Source of the DNA: Polyangiales bacterium
GTDB lineage: Bacteria > Myxococcota_A > Polyangia > Polyangiales > Polyangiaceae
Length of the DNA: 64,000 bases
NCBI GenBank assembly: GCA_038230375.1
Contig: JBBRNJ010000003.1
Coordinates: 64,001-128,000, forward strand
Direction: 5' to 3'
Both the position numbers and the translations under genes were made by a program. Positions 24,085 to 33,824 of the stretch are shown one piece after another. The notes beneath the pieces were generated by a model. The model did not search any database. It was not told the origin of the DNA and worked only from the letters and a program-made list of their open reading frames with translations. Position 1 is the stretch's first letter. Each line of letters starts with the position of its first letter.

Positions 24085-24103
24085 GGGCTCGTACGCTTCG
24101 CGC

Positions 24104-24721
24104 ATGGTGACAGCGCTCGCAAAACAGGCCAGAACGCACGCCCGGGATCTCCTGGGACGCATCGCCGCGCGAAAGGACGACATCGCCCGCGCGTTCTACG
24201 ACATCGGCACGGCGCTCAGAGAGCTGCACGAGAAGAAGCTCCATGGCGCGCTCGGCTACGACAGCTTCGACGCCATGCTCGCGGCGGAGGGGCTGATGAG
24301 CGGTCAGTATGCCCGGCGGCTCATCCAGGTCGCGGCGTCGTTCGATCGCGACCAGGCGCGGCGGCTCGGCGCCGAGAAGGCGTACGCCCTTGTTCGATAC
24401 TGCGCGCGGACCAAGCAGGACGACGATCCGGTCCAGTACCTCATGGAGGGCTTTCCGGTCTCGGGGGGCAAGCGGCGCCCCATCGACGAGGTCGCGGTGC
24501 GGGAGATCGCGGAGACCACGCGCATCGCGGTGCTTCGGCAGAAGGGCGAGCACAGCGCGAGCGAGTCAGCGCGAAGGGACGCGGCCGCCGCGGCACGCAA
24601 GCTCCACGCAAAGCTGAAAACGCGCATGAACGGCGAGCTGACGGTGAAACACACGTTCCGCCGCGGCCACTGGTGGCTCGAGCTCGTGATCCCTGCCGAG
24701 ATGGGGACGCTCATTCGCTGA
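24104..24721 (+). CDS. Hypothetical helical, probably DNA-binding protein (DUF3102-like)
   Basis: FYDIGTALRE...GYDSFDAML...MSGQYARRLIQVA pattern; basic; TACGCT 6 nt upstream of the ATG. Confidence 0.7.
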   Translation: MVTALAKQARTHARDLLGRIAARKDDIARAFYDIGTALRELHEKKLHGALGYDSFDAMLAAEGLMSGQYARRLIQVAASFDRDQARRLGAEKAYALVRYCARTKQDDDPVQYLMEGFPVSGGKRRPIDEVAVREIAETTRIAVLRQKGEHSASESARRDAAAAARKLHAKLKTRMNGELTVKHTFRRGHWWLELVIPAEMGTLIR

Positions 24722-24782
24722 GCGGTTCGGAGGGCGTTCGACGCTGATGGCCACGTTGGCTCAACGGCTCGATGCCATGCGC

Positions 24783-25154
24783 TCATTGATCGGCGGCGTC
24801 GCGGGACGCGTCCACGGATGAGTCGGACACGGACGCATCCAGGATGGAGGCGTCGTCCGCGGATCCATCGGTGTCGGCGGATCCATCTGCGTCCGCATCG
24901 CCGATGGACGCATCGGGGGCGGCCGCGTCTGCGTCGGGTCCGGCGTCACCCGCGTCGGCCTGGTCTGCGCACCTGCGGACGTCGACCGGTCTGCCTGAGT
25001 CGGGGTCTGTACAACCACCCGAGCCCCCTCCGCAGCCCGACAAGTAGACGCCGTTGAACGTGGCCGCGAGGCCGACCCCCGCCGCGAGCAACATGCGCGA
25101 CGTTCGAGATCTGGTCTTCGAGCGCGCGTCTCCGCGGGGACTACTGGACTTCAT
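24783..25154 (-). CDS. Small lipoprotein with acidic DAG/DAS-rich tail
   Basis: LSGC lipobox; start ATG 25154 or 25094. Confidence 0.6.
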   Translation of the reverse strand: MKSSSPRGDARSKTRSRTSRMLLAAGVGLAATFNGVYLSGCGGGSGGCTDPDSGRPVDVRRCADQADAGDAGPDADAAAPDASIGDADADGSADTDGSADDASILDASVSDSSVDASRDAADQ

Positions 25155-25167
25155 GGGAGTGCAGAGG

Positions 25168-25183
25168 AGCAAACGACGTACCA
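25168..25183 (-). promoter_or_regulatory. sigma54 promoter (leftward)
   Basis: Minus strand TGGTACG-TCGT-TTGCT. Confidence 0.7.
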
Positions 25184-25368
25184 GAGCGGCATCGGGCGAT
25201 CCGGCCGAAAAACACCCTGATCAGAGCGAGCCGACGGCTTCGACTACGTCCGCGAAGCCACCTCGTACCAGGACCGCTGGGTCATGCAGGCGTGAACGCG
25301 CGCGTTGCACAACGCCGACCTCAGCGCCCAGAATCGGCAGAAGCGACGCGTGATCCCTGGCGACCGCG

Positions 25369-25384
25369 GGGCATGCGAATTGCT
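25369..25384 (+). promoter_or_regulatory. sigma54 promoter (rightward)
   Basis: GGGCATG-CGAA-TTGCT, 11 bp before ATG 25396. Confidence 0.65.
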
Positions 25385-25395
25385 GAACGCATGGC

Positions 25396-25767
25396 ATGCG
25401 CCGAGTCTCTTCATCTCTGTTCTTCGCCGCCGTGGCTCTCGTGACATGGGGCGCATCGGCCTCCGGGTTTCGAGAAGACGAGGTCGTCTGCGAAGAGGCC
25501 GTCGCGCTCCTCAAGAATTGTTGTTCTTCGTTCCAGCCGATCGCGATCGCGTGTCACCACGAGCGATCCGATCAACCCGTTGGCTGTCTCTCGTACCTGG
25601 AACCCCGCGATCAGGACCCCGACATCGACGAGGCGACGAGCACATGCCTCCGCGCGATGGGGTGTGAGGATCTCGTGGCGCAGGGCGTGTGTGAGCGCGC
25701 AGCGACCTCGGCGGCGCACGCCATCGCGACAGGCGGGGTGCCGCAGTTCGCCGGGGTGTGCCCGTGA
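25396..25767 (+). CDS. Small secreted Cys-rich protein
   Basis: Signal peptide; FREDEVVCEEAV..L..CC; 9 Cys. Confidence 0.7.
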   Translation: MRRVSSSLFFAAVALVTWGASASGFREDEVVCEEAVALLKNCCSSFQPIAIACHHERSDQPVGCLSYLEPRDQDPDIDEATSTCLRAMGCEDLVAQGVCERAATSAAHAIATGGVPQFAGVCP

Positions 25768-26387
25768 GGCTGCGTGCGCTCGTGCGTGGGCTCGCGTTGG
25801 CGATGACACTTGTGTCCGGCGCAGAAGAGCTCGCGCACGCACAGGAACCACAGGCACAGGAGAGCCCGCATGAGGCCGCGACCGAGGCCGCGGTCGCGCC
25901 ACGACGGTCGGTGCAAGACCCTGGGATTCGCTTCTCCGGAAAGCTGGAGCTGGACCACGGCTTCATGAAGATGTTCGGCCTGCCGCTCGATATGAATGGC
26001 GCACGCGCCGGCCTGGGACTGCAGACCAAGAAGCTCTCGCTGTACGTGCTCGCGGATCTTGGCGTTGGCGGCTTGCCGCACCGGCTCGGGGCAGCGGGTG
26101 GCTCGCTGGGCGCGGAGGCGCTCTACAGAGCACTCCCGTTCCTGCGTGTCGGTGGGGGCGTGCGCGCTAGCTATCTGAGAATCGACCGCGCGACCGTCGA
26201 CAACCCGATGACCGCCCTGGCCGTTGGAGCATTCCTCGCGGCGAATGTGGACGTATATGATTTTGGCGTCCGCGATGATCACGGCGCCTTTCTCGGCGCG
26301 CGCCTCGACCTGGACAGCTACGAAGGCGTCGCGAGCAGCGGCCCGCTCGTGTGGGGGCCGGAGTTCATGGTGGGCTTTCGATACTGA
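25764..26387 (+). CDS. Exported protein, probable small outer-membrane beta-barrel
   Basis: GTGA overlap with upstream gene; signal ending AHA-Q; C-terminal MVGFRY beta-signal. Confidence 0.7.
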   Translation: MRLRALVRGLALAMTLVSGAEELAHAQEPQAQESPHEAATEAAVAPRRSVQDPGIRFSGKLELDHGFMKMFGLPLDMNGARAGLGLQTKKLSLYVLADLGVGGLPHRLGAAGGSLGAEALYRALPFLRVGGGVRASYLRIDRATVDNPMTALAVGAFLAANVDVYDFGVRDDHGAFLGARLDLDSYEGVASSGPLVWGPEFMVGFRY

Positions 26388-26404
26388 CGCGAGACCACCT
26401 TCGG

Positions 26405-28720
26405 CTATGGCGACGCGGGCTTGTCGATTCGTGGGCCCACGTGCACGGCGCCGTCGCCATCGGCGTCGACCCACACGAGCCCCGTCATGCCGATGGGGCG
26501 CACGCCCTTCCGGCCCATGACGGCGTCGAGCGGAGTGTCCGAGTCGACCCACGCGAAGAGCACGGCGTCGTGCTCCACGATGAGCTCCACGTCCGCATCG
26601 AAGCGCACACCGTCCTTCGCGGGGCCCGTCACGGTGATCGTCTTCGCGACAGTGTCGTCCACGTGTAGCTCCACGCGCGAAACCGGAATCCATGCTGGAC
26701 CGAGCACGCGCACGTGCACGCGCAGCGGCTTTCCCGGTGTGGCCTTCACGGTCGCGCCAATGGGCCTTCCATCCACAGTCATGTCCACGAACGGCCCCGC
26801 GCTGATGGTGGTCTCCGCGCGCAGGAGCCCAGCCACGACGCGATCCGCAAGCGCGCCGTCACCCGCCGTCTTGACCCACGTGCGCGGCCAGCCGGCCTCC
26901 TCGAAGAACAGTTTGTGTGAGTCGCTGTTGCCCACTGCCGCGACGTGCTTTCCGCGTCGCGCAAGGCCCACGAGATCTGCTGCGCCCTCACGCACGCGGT
27001 CGGGGTGCTCGAGCCAGAAGCCGTTGTGAACCTCCAACGCGTCGAACTCCGCCGAGAATGCAGGGCCGCCGCTGCCGTCCTTTGCGTCGAACCGCGCAAG
27101 GTCGAAGTAGCCAATGCCCGGCGCCATGCGCGCGTGGTTCACCTCCACGACCTTGGCGCCCATCGCGCGCGAGCCAGCGAACACGTCCTTCGCGGCCACG
27201 TCCCAGTACGCGGGCACGGCCAGCTCCGGCGCGGCGTCCGTGGGGAGCGCCATGGGGAACACGTTGAAGTGACCCAGGGCGCGCGTCGTCACCTCCACGC
27301 CCGGGACGAACCTGAGGCCGCCTGGCAGCGTGGTCCGCGCGAGCGCCGGTCCGTAGTCGGTGATGCGGTTGTGATCCGTCGCCACGGCAAAGTCCACGCC
27401 CATGCATGCGAGCTCCGCGACGCGCTCGTCGAGCGACACCCGCGAGTCCGGGCTGGGAGCTGCGTGCAGGTGGAGGTCCGCGCTGGTCCAGCCCACGGGC
27501 GACACCACACGCGCGAGCGTGCCCGACACCGAAGGGTTCTTCCCGGCCGCCAGCGATGCATGCGCGGTGTGCAGCGTGTGCATTGGACCGTGCGTCGCCA
27601 CGAGCTCGTAGGCGCCGGGCGCGACCTTCACGCTGCCGCGGCCTTTGGGCAGATAGATCACGCGGCCCTCCGCGAACGTGGGGTGCTCCGTGGTCGAGAC
27701 GGGCAGGGGTGCGGGCTCTTTGCCGCCGTCAGTTCGGCGAAGCAGCACCTGCACGGGCACTGGTGTCTTTCCCTCTGCGTATGACAGCGAGAGCTCCGCG
27801 GTGAGCTCTGCGTCCGGCGTGATCGGGACCTCTGCCGTGAGCGTCAAGGTGCGCGATACATCCGCGCCCTGGTGACGAAGGAAGAGCGCGGCGGGAAAGG
27901 ATTCGTTCGCGACGTGCACCAGGTGGCGCTCCGCCTTCATCGTCTTGCCCGTGATGGAGATGGAGAGGCCGACCTCGGCGATCGTCACGCGTGGCGTCTC
28001 GTACGTGCCTTCCCAGCCCACGTTCACGCCGGGAAATGTGGGCTCCGCTGTGCCGGGGTTCAGCTCGTCGGCGATAGACGCGCCCTCTGGAAGGTTCTGC
28101 GCCGTGGTGTGCACCGTCAGCGCGCCCTCGCCCGTTGGGCAATAGGTGGTCGTGAGCGTCACGCCCTCCACGTCGCCGCGCACCAGCACGCCCGACGTGC
28201 CCGCGCCGGGCCCACCGGCGAACTCGTCGCACCCGATCGTGGTGACGGCGGATGCGAAGAGCACGTGGGCCTTGTGGGCCTTGTCCTCCCACGCCTGACG
28301 AAAGTAGAGGAGCGGATCGGGGACGTCCGCGTCCGTGAGCGTCGCATCCAGGAGCGCGCCACGCAACGGTCGGTGGCCCGCCTTGTCCGCGCTCGTCGAG
28401 AACACGAACCGCGCGGCGCCTGCTGGCACGATCACATCGCCGGCCTTTCCATAGGCGTGGAACGCGCGGCGGTGCGCGCCCAGGGTCGCGAGCGGAGCAC
28501 CTGGCGGCAGGGATGTGGCGGCGCTCGGCGCGGAGGAAGGAGCGGACGCCGTCTGCACCGCGCTCGCAGCGCCAACATTGTTCGGCGGCTTGGTCTCCGT
28601 CGCATCCTTCGGGCACGCCGCAAGCAACAGGGCGAGCAACAAGAGGAGCGGGGATGCCAGCATCGGGCGGGCAAACGAGCGAAACGAGTTGGAACCGTGG
28701 AGCTTCACGGGCGGCAGCAT
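26405..28720 (-). CDS. PHP-domain metallohydrolase lipoprotein (CehA/McbA-like)
   Basis: LAAC lipobox; ADLHLH, ATDHN, GVEVT, GHFNVFP, VNHAR, GNSDSH; start may be 28663. Confidence 0.85.
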   Translation of the reverse strand: MLPPVKLHGSNSFRSFARPMLASPLLLLLALLLAACPKDATETKPPNNVGAASAVQTASAPSSAPSAATSLPPGAPLATLGAHRRAFHAYGKAGDVIVPAGAARFVFSTSADKAGHRPLRGALLDATLTDADVPDPLLYFRQAWEDKAHKAHVLFASAVTTIGCDEFAGGPGAGTSGVLVRGDVEGVTLTTTYCPTGEGALTVHTTAQNLPEGASIADELNPGTAEPTFPGVNVGWEGTYETPRVTIAEVGLSISITGKTMKAERHLVHVANESFPAALFLRHQGADVSRTLTLTAEVPITPDAELTAELSLSYAEGKTPVPVQVLLRRTDGGKEPAPLPVSTTEHPTFAEGRVIYLPKGRGSVKVAPGAYELVATHGPMHTLHTAHASLAAGKNPSVSGTLARVVSPVGWTSADLHLHAAPSPDSRVSLDERVAELACMGVDFAVATDHNRITDYGPALARTTLPGGLRFVPGVEVTTRALGHFNVFPMALPTDAAPELAVPAYWDVAAKDVFAGSRAMGAKVVEVNHARMAPGIGYFDLARFDAKDGSGGPAFSAEFDALEVHNGFWLEHPDRVREGAADLVGLARRGKHVAAVGNSDSHKLFFEEAGWPRTWVKTAGDGALADRVVAGLLRAETTISAGPFVDMTVDGRPIGATVKATPGKPLRVHVRVLGPAWIPVSRVELHVDDTVAKTITVTGPAKDGVRFDADVELIVEHDAVLFAWVDSDTPLDAVMGRKGVRPIGMTGLVWVDADGDGAVHVGPRIDKPASP

Positions 28721-28739
28721 AGCGCGCTACGCTGGGCGA

Positions 28740-29909
28740 ATGAGACGGTGCGTTTGGGCCCTTGCGTTCGCGGCCATCGGTTGCGAAGGGCTCATCGGAG
28801 CGGACTTCGGCCACGGCAACGCGCAGGACATGACGGACGCCGCTGGCGCGGATGAGGGCGGCGCCAACGCGGACGGCGCCGCCGGTGCTGGCAATGGCGA
28901 CGGCAGCACGTCGTCAGGCAAGGACGCTGGGCAGACCAAGAAGGACAGCGGCGGAGGCGGTGGTGGCGGCGACTCGGGCGCATGTCGTCCGCTCGTGGTT
29001 CCCTGCCTGGACCTGTCGGACGCGAAGGTGATCGAGGTCCCCACCAACTCCACCATGCCGAACGCGATCGCCAACGTGAAGGCAGGCGGCACGATCCAGA
29101 TCAACGGCGCGAGCCTTGGCTCTGGCTGGAAGATCCCTGCGTTCGTGACGCTGCACGGCTGCAACGGCGCGAAGATCGTCGGCACCATCAGCGCCGCGGG
29201 CTCGGGCGCGGTGTTCGAAGGTTTCGACGTTCCGGGCTCCATCGTGCTGAACCAGACCGGCGTCTTCGTGGTGCGGTGGAACCGCTTCGACGGCAGCACG
29301 ACCGACCCCGGCGTCTCCGCGCGCTCGATCGACGCGCTGGTCTCCGCGTCCGTCACCGCGACCGTCGAGCAGAACGAGTTCGCCGATCGCCCGACCGGCG
29401 TCGTCGCCGACACCAACTACGACACCATGACTCACTCGGTGGACATCACGGTGCAGAACAACCTGTTCCACGGCGTGGCCTCCCCCGTCATCGCCACGCG
29501 CGGCGGGCTGGTCGGGAAGATCACGTCCAAGTTCCTGCACAACACGTTCACCGGCTTCACCACGGGAATGGGCTTCTATTCGCTCACCGACACACCCACC
29601 GTCGCGGGCAACATCTTCGCGAACGGTACGAATGCGGTGAACGGTGACTCGCCCTACAACCTGTCGAACGGCCTCCTGTTCATGTGCGCGGCGGGGAACG
29701 CCACGGCGCTGACCGGGACCTTTGCGAACGGCGATCCGAAGCTCGTGGACGCGGTGAATGGGGACCTGCACCTTGGCGCCGGATCGGATGCGCTTGACCA
29801 CGTGCCCTCGGGGAGCCTGATGCCCTCGGTGGACTACGCGAACTGTCCGCGGCCCGTGGGGCACGCGGGCGTGGTGCTCGGAGATATCGGGGCCTACGAG
29901 GCGCCGTAG
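28740..29909 (+). CDS. Secreted right-handed beta-helix lipoprotein with choice-of-anchor-Q-like C-terminus
   Basis: AIGC lipobox; repeated xxNxF turns; DPKLVD..GDLHL..GS.ALD, DIGAYE. Confidence 0.75.
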   Translation: MRRCVWALAFAAIGCEGLIGADFGHGNAQDMTDAAGADEGGANADGAAGAGNGDGSTSSGKDAGQTKKDSGGGGGGGDSGACRPLVVPCLDLSDAKVIEVPTNSTMPNAIANVKAGGTIQINGASLGSGWKIPAFVTLHGCNGAKIVGTISAAGSGAVFEGFDVPGSIVLNQTGVFVVRWNRFDGSTTDPGVSARSIDALVSASVTATVEQNEFADRPTGVVADTNYDTMTHSVDITVQNNLFHGVASPVIATRGGLVGKITSKFLHNTFTGFTTGMGFYSLTDTPTVAGNIFANGTNAVNGDSPYNLSNGLLFMCAAGNATALTGTFANGDPKLVDAVNGDLHLGAGSDALDHVPSGSLMPSVDYANCPRPVGHAGVVLGDIGAYEAP

Positions 29910-29917
29910 GGACGTTG

Positions 29918-31057
29918 TCACGCGCGCAGGTAGCGCGTCAGTGGGTTTTCCCTTCTCCAGATCACGAAGTCCATGAAGTAGTGATGGAGATTCACGAAGG
30001 CGAAGAGGGCTGCGAAGTATGGAGTTGGGCCCAGGTCCGTGAAGCGGTCGGCCTTCTTCGTCAGCGCGGTGTCGAGGAGCGTCGGGGCTCCGTGGAAGAG
30101 GACTACGCCCAGCGCGAGCGCGGAGACGGCGAGGAGCCCCAGGCGCGTCCTTGCCGAGCGCTCGAACCACGGCGGGCCCTCGCGCTCCTTCGCCTGGTTC
30201 CCTCGCAACAGCCACACGAAGTAGAGGTACTGGATCGAGTGAAGGGCTGGCGTCATGTAGACGACCAGCGGATCGATGCTCGAGTAGACCGACCAAGACC
30301 AGATGGAGGCCAGCAGCGCCGTGAGCGGCGACAGGAGCTTCAGCGGACCCTCTTTCATTCGCTTGCGCGCGAGCATCACGACCAGCGCGCCGAACGACGC
30401 CAGGAAGATCACGTGCGTTGCCCGGTCCAGCCACGCCGGATGCGTCAGGCAGGTGTAAACTACACCTTTCTCTTCGACCTCGCGCGCGGTCGCCGCCGGG
30501 TTTGCCCACGCGAACGCCCAGCCTGCGAAGCAATGCGCCAGGAGGATCACGCGCTCCCCCTTGCCGAAGAAGAGGCCGCGCCTTGCCGCGAGGGTGATCA
30601 TCACACCGAACCCCTGCTTCACGTAGTGCCAGCCCACGAGCGCGAACATGAGCTCCGCCATCAGGCCGAGCGCAGGCGCCGATCGGGTCACGAGGCCGTA
30701 GCCCGCCCACGCCGCAAGGACGACCGGCACCACCACGCCAGCAAGGAGCCACCGCAGCCGCTGCGCGGTGCCGAAGGCCGAGCCGAACGCGCGCGCGCGC
30801 CCGTCCTCGTAGAAGAGGAGATAGGTCACCGCGAAGTGAGGGTCGTTGATGATGTACGCCGCATAGAACGCGGTGAAGCCGACCGCGTAGTCGGCCGAGG
30901 AGAGCCCCAGCGTCTTCCGCAGCGCGAACGACAAGAGGAACAGCAGCGGCGTCATTCCCCCGACCAGGAGGAACTCGATGGTGCGTCGGCCAAGCGGTGC
31001 CTGCGGCGTGGTGCGCGCCGGGACGCTCTCCGCTGGAACGTGCGCCGCTGCCGTCAT
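29918..31057 (-). CDS. Polytopic membrane protein with conserved-looking His motifs
   Basis: Several TM segments; DPHFAVTY, WHYVKQ, HSIQY, HHYFMD. Confidence 0.75.
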   Translation of the reverse strand: MTAAAHVPAESVPARTTPQAPLGRRTIEFLLVGGMTPLLFLLSFALRKTLGLSSADYAVGFTAFYAAYIINDPHFAVTYLLFYEDGRARAFGSAFGTAQRLRWLLAGVVVPVVLAAWAGYGLVTRSAPALGLMAELMFALVGWHYVKQGFGVMITLAARRGLFFGKGERVILLAHCFAGWAFAWANPAATAREVEEKGVVYTCLTHPAWLDRATHVIFLASFGALVVMLARKRMKEGPLKLLSPLTALLASIWSWSVYSSIDPLVVYMTPALHSIQYLYFVWLLRGNQAKEREGPPWFERSARTRLGLLAVSALALGVVLFHGAPTLLDTALTKKADRFTDLGPTPYFAALFAFVNLHHYFMDFVIWRRENPLTRYLRA

Positions 31058-31104
31058 CACCGCGAGGATAGTGAAGCATCCGCGGGTTTGATAGCGTTCG
31101 CGCC

Positions 31105-32835
31105 ATGGCTCTCTCCCGACACTTCGACATCCAGAATGACGACCGCGGAGAGCCCGTGATGCGGGTCTTCACGGACGGCATTGGCGTGCTCCGCAGCCCG
31201 CTCCTCAACAAGGGCACCGCGTTCACCGCGGAGGAGCGCGAGGCGCTCTGCATCGACGGCCTGTTGCCCCCGAACCACAGCACCCTCGAAGTACAGAGCG
31301 CGCGCGCGTACGAGAACTACACGCACGAGCCAAACAACCTTGCAAAGTACACGTTTCTCCGTGCGCTGCAGGATCGCAACGAGACGCTGTTCTTCGCGCT
31401 GCTCTCCTTGCACATCGAAGAGATGATGCCCATCGTGTACACGCCCACCGTGGGCGACGCGATCAAGGCGTTCTCGCACATCTATCGGAGCCCCCGCGGC
31501 CTTGGCTTCTCCAGCCAGAACATCCGCCGCGCGAAGGAGATCATGCAGGGCTACCACCTGGATGACGTCCGCATGATCGTCGCCACGGACGCGTCCGCGA
31601 TCCTGGGCATTGGTGATCAGGGGTGGGGCGGCATCGGCATCTCGATCGGAAAGCTCGCGCTCTACACGGCCGGCGGCCTTGCCCCGTACTCCGTGCTGCC
31701 CGTGGGCCTGGACGTGGGGACCGATCGCGAGTCACTCCGCAACGACCCGCTCTACCTGGGCGTGCGCACCCCGCGCCTCCATGGCGAGGCCTACTTCGAG
31801 ATCATCGACGCGTTCGTCCACGCCGTGAAAGAGCGCTACCCACGCGCGATCCTCCAGTGGGAGGATCTCTCCAAGGACACCGCGTTCGACGTGCTCGCGC
31901 GGCATCGGGACACGCTGCCGTCCTTCAACGACGACATCCAGGGCACGGGCGCCGTCGCGCTCGCGGGCCTCATCTCCGCGTGTCGTCTCAAGGGTGAGCC
32001 GCTGCGCGATCAGGTGTTCGTGCTCTCGGGTGCAGGCGCCGGCGGCATTGGCGTGGCGTGGGCCATCGTGAAGGGGCTGCAGCGCGACGGGCTCTCGGAG
32101 GCGGAGGCGCACGCACGCGTCCTGGTGCTGGACTCCAAGGGTCTCCTCAGCGCGGACCGCGACATGGAGGCCTACAAGCGACCATACGCGCAGTCGCGCG
32201 AGCGCCTGGCCGGGTGGAAGATCGCAGGGACGGTCCCCACGCTCCACGAGACACTGCGCGAGGCGAAGGCCACCGTGCTGATCGGTCTCTCCGGTCAGGG
32301 CGGCTCCTTCGACGAGGCCGCCGTGAAGCAGCTCCTCTCGTTCACGTCGCGCCCGATCGTGATGCCGCTCTCGAACCCGACGACCGCATGCGAGGTCCAC
32401 CCCGCCGAGGTCCTGCGCATCACCGACGGAAAGGCGCTCGTCGCTACCGGCAGCCCGTTTCCGGATGTTCTGTTGCCGAACGGCGCGACCGTGAGCGTCG
32501 GACAAGGAAACAACGCGTTCATCTTTCCTGGGCTCGGGATGGGCGCCGTCCTGTGCGAGGCGAGCCGCATCACCGACGCGATGGTGCTCCAGGCATCGTA
32601 CGCGCTGGCCGCCTACACCGAGCGCGAGCACGGCAAGGACGGCCGCATGTACCCGCACGTGACGGAGCTCCGGAAGGTCGCCTGCGAGGTCGCCGCGCAC
32701 GTCATCCAGTGCGCCCATCGTGAAGGCGTGGCGCGCTCGTCGGCCACCAAGGCGCTGGACGCAACCGAGCTTTCGGCGTTCGTGGCGCGCGCCTCGTACG
32801 AGCCGCGATACCTGCGTACGGTGCCTGATTTGTGA
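31105..32835 (+). CDS. maeA: NAD-dependent malic enzyme
   Basis: NKGTAF, RNETLFF, PIVYTPTVG, ILGIGD, QWED, FNDDIQGTG, GAGAGG, LSNPT, NNAFIFPG. Confidence 0.95.
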   Translation: MALSRHFDIQNDDRGEPVMRVFTDGIGVLRSPLLNKGTAFTAEEREALCIDGLLPPNHSTLEVQSARAYENYTHEPNNLAKYTFLRALQDRNETLFFALLSLHIEEMMPIVYTPTVGDAIKAFSHIYRSPRGLGFSSQNIRRAKEIMQGYHLDDVRMIVATDASAILGIGDQGWGGIGISIGKLALYTAGGLAPYSVLPVGLDVGTDRESLRNDPLYLGVRTPRLHGEAYFEIIDAFVHAVKERYPRAILQWEDLSKDTAFDVLARHRDTLPSFNDDIQGTGAVALAGLISACRLKGEPLRDQVFVLSGAGAGGIGVAWAIVKGLQRDGLSEAEAHARVLVLDSKGLLSADRDMEAYKRPYAQSRERLAGWKIAGTVPTLHETLREAKATVLIGLSGQGGSFDEAAVKQLLSFTSRPIVMPLSNPTTACEVHPAEVLRITDGKALVATGSPFPDVLLPNGATVSVGQGNNAFIFPGLGMGAVLCEASRITDAMVLQASYALAAYTEREHGKDGRMYPHVTELRKVACEVAAHVIQCAHREGVARSSATKALDATELSAFVARASYEPRYLRTVPDL

Positions 32836-32936
32836 GTTCGTCTGGCGTTCGCCCCAAATGCGTCCTAGAAGCCTGGGATCCAGTACTTGCCGACGGCGTG
32901 CCCGAATTTCTGGCCCGCCGTCAAAGGGGACACGCC

Positions 32937-33800
32937 GTGAGCAACTCTCAACTGCACTCCATTCCTCTCTTCCACGACCTGGAAGACGCGCACCTCGAAG
33001 CCCTCGTGAAGGCGTTCGGGAAGAAGGTCGTCAAGAAGGGGGAGGTCCTCTTCAAGACGGGCGACACTCCGAACGAGTTCCTGGTCCTCGAGAAGGGCAC
33101 AGTGCAGATCTCCGAAGAGGGCGCGACCAAGTTCCTGCTCCGCGCCCCCGCGACCATCGGCGAGCTCGGGTCGGTCACCGGCATGCCGCGCAACACCACG
33201 GCCACGGCCCACTCCGAGGTGCACCTCCTCACCATCTCCACGCCGGAGCTCCAGAAGTTCTTCGCCAAGCACGGGGATGTCGCCATCCCGTTCTACAAGA
33301 ACCTCCTGGGCGCGGTGGGGGACAAGGTCCGCCGCGATCGCCGCCGCCTGGACGAGACGCGCGAGAACCTCATTCGCACGCAGAAGGCCATGAAGCAGCT
33401 TCGCGAGCTGGTCCTCCAGAGCCCCGAGACAGAGCTGTCAAAGCCCGTCTTCGAGGCGCTCGACGAGAACATCGAGAAGAACCGCCGCGTCCACTACCGC
33501 GTGTCGCCGACCACCACGTACCCCGCGGAGGTCCGCCTGGATGACGGCGCGAAGCTCGCCGTGCTCGAGGTGTCGGACGGCTACTTGAAGCTCGCTGGCA
33601 AGGCGGATCGCCTCACGAAGGATCGCTCGTACTGGGCGGGCGTGCTCGCGCTCCCCATGGGCGAGATCCTGGTCTCCGGTCGCATCGAGCGCGAGGCCAA
33701 GGACGGCGTCGTCGTGAAGCTCGACACGCTGGTGGACGAGCACAAGCAGAAGCTCGACGACTACACGACGCAGCTGCAGCTGCTCGACTACGTGGTCTGA
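32937..33800 (+). CDS. Cyclic-nucleotide-binding protein with coiled coil and degenerate PilZ-like C-terminus
   Basis: AAGGGGA SD with GTG; cNMP motif IGELG...PRNTTA; RRVHYR...EVSDG. Confidence 0.8.
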   Translation: MSNSQLHSIPLFHDLEDAHLEALVKAFGKKVVKKGEVLFKTGDTPNEFLVLEKGTVQISEEGATKFLLRAPATIGELGSVTGMPRNTTATAHSEVHLLTISTPELQKFFAKHGDVAIPFYKNLLGAVGDKVRRDRRRLDETRENLIRTQKAMKQLRELVLQSPETELSKPVFEALDENIEKNRRVHYRVSPTTTYPAEVRLDDGAKLAVLEVSDGYLKLAGKADRLTKDRSYWAGVLALPMGEILVSGRIEREAKDGVVVKLDTLVDEHKQKLDDYTTQLQLLDYVV

Positions 33801-33824
33801 TCCAGCATCGCCTCGAGTCAGGCG

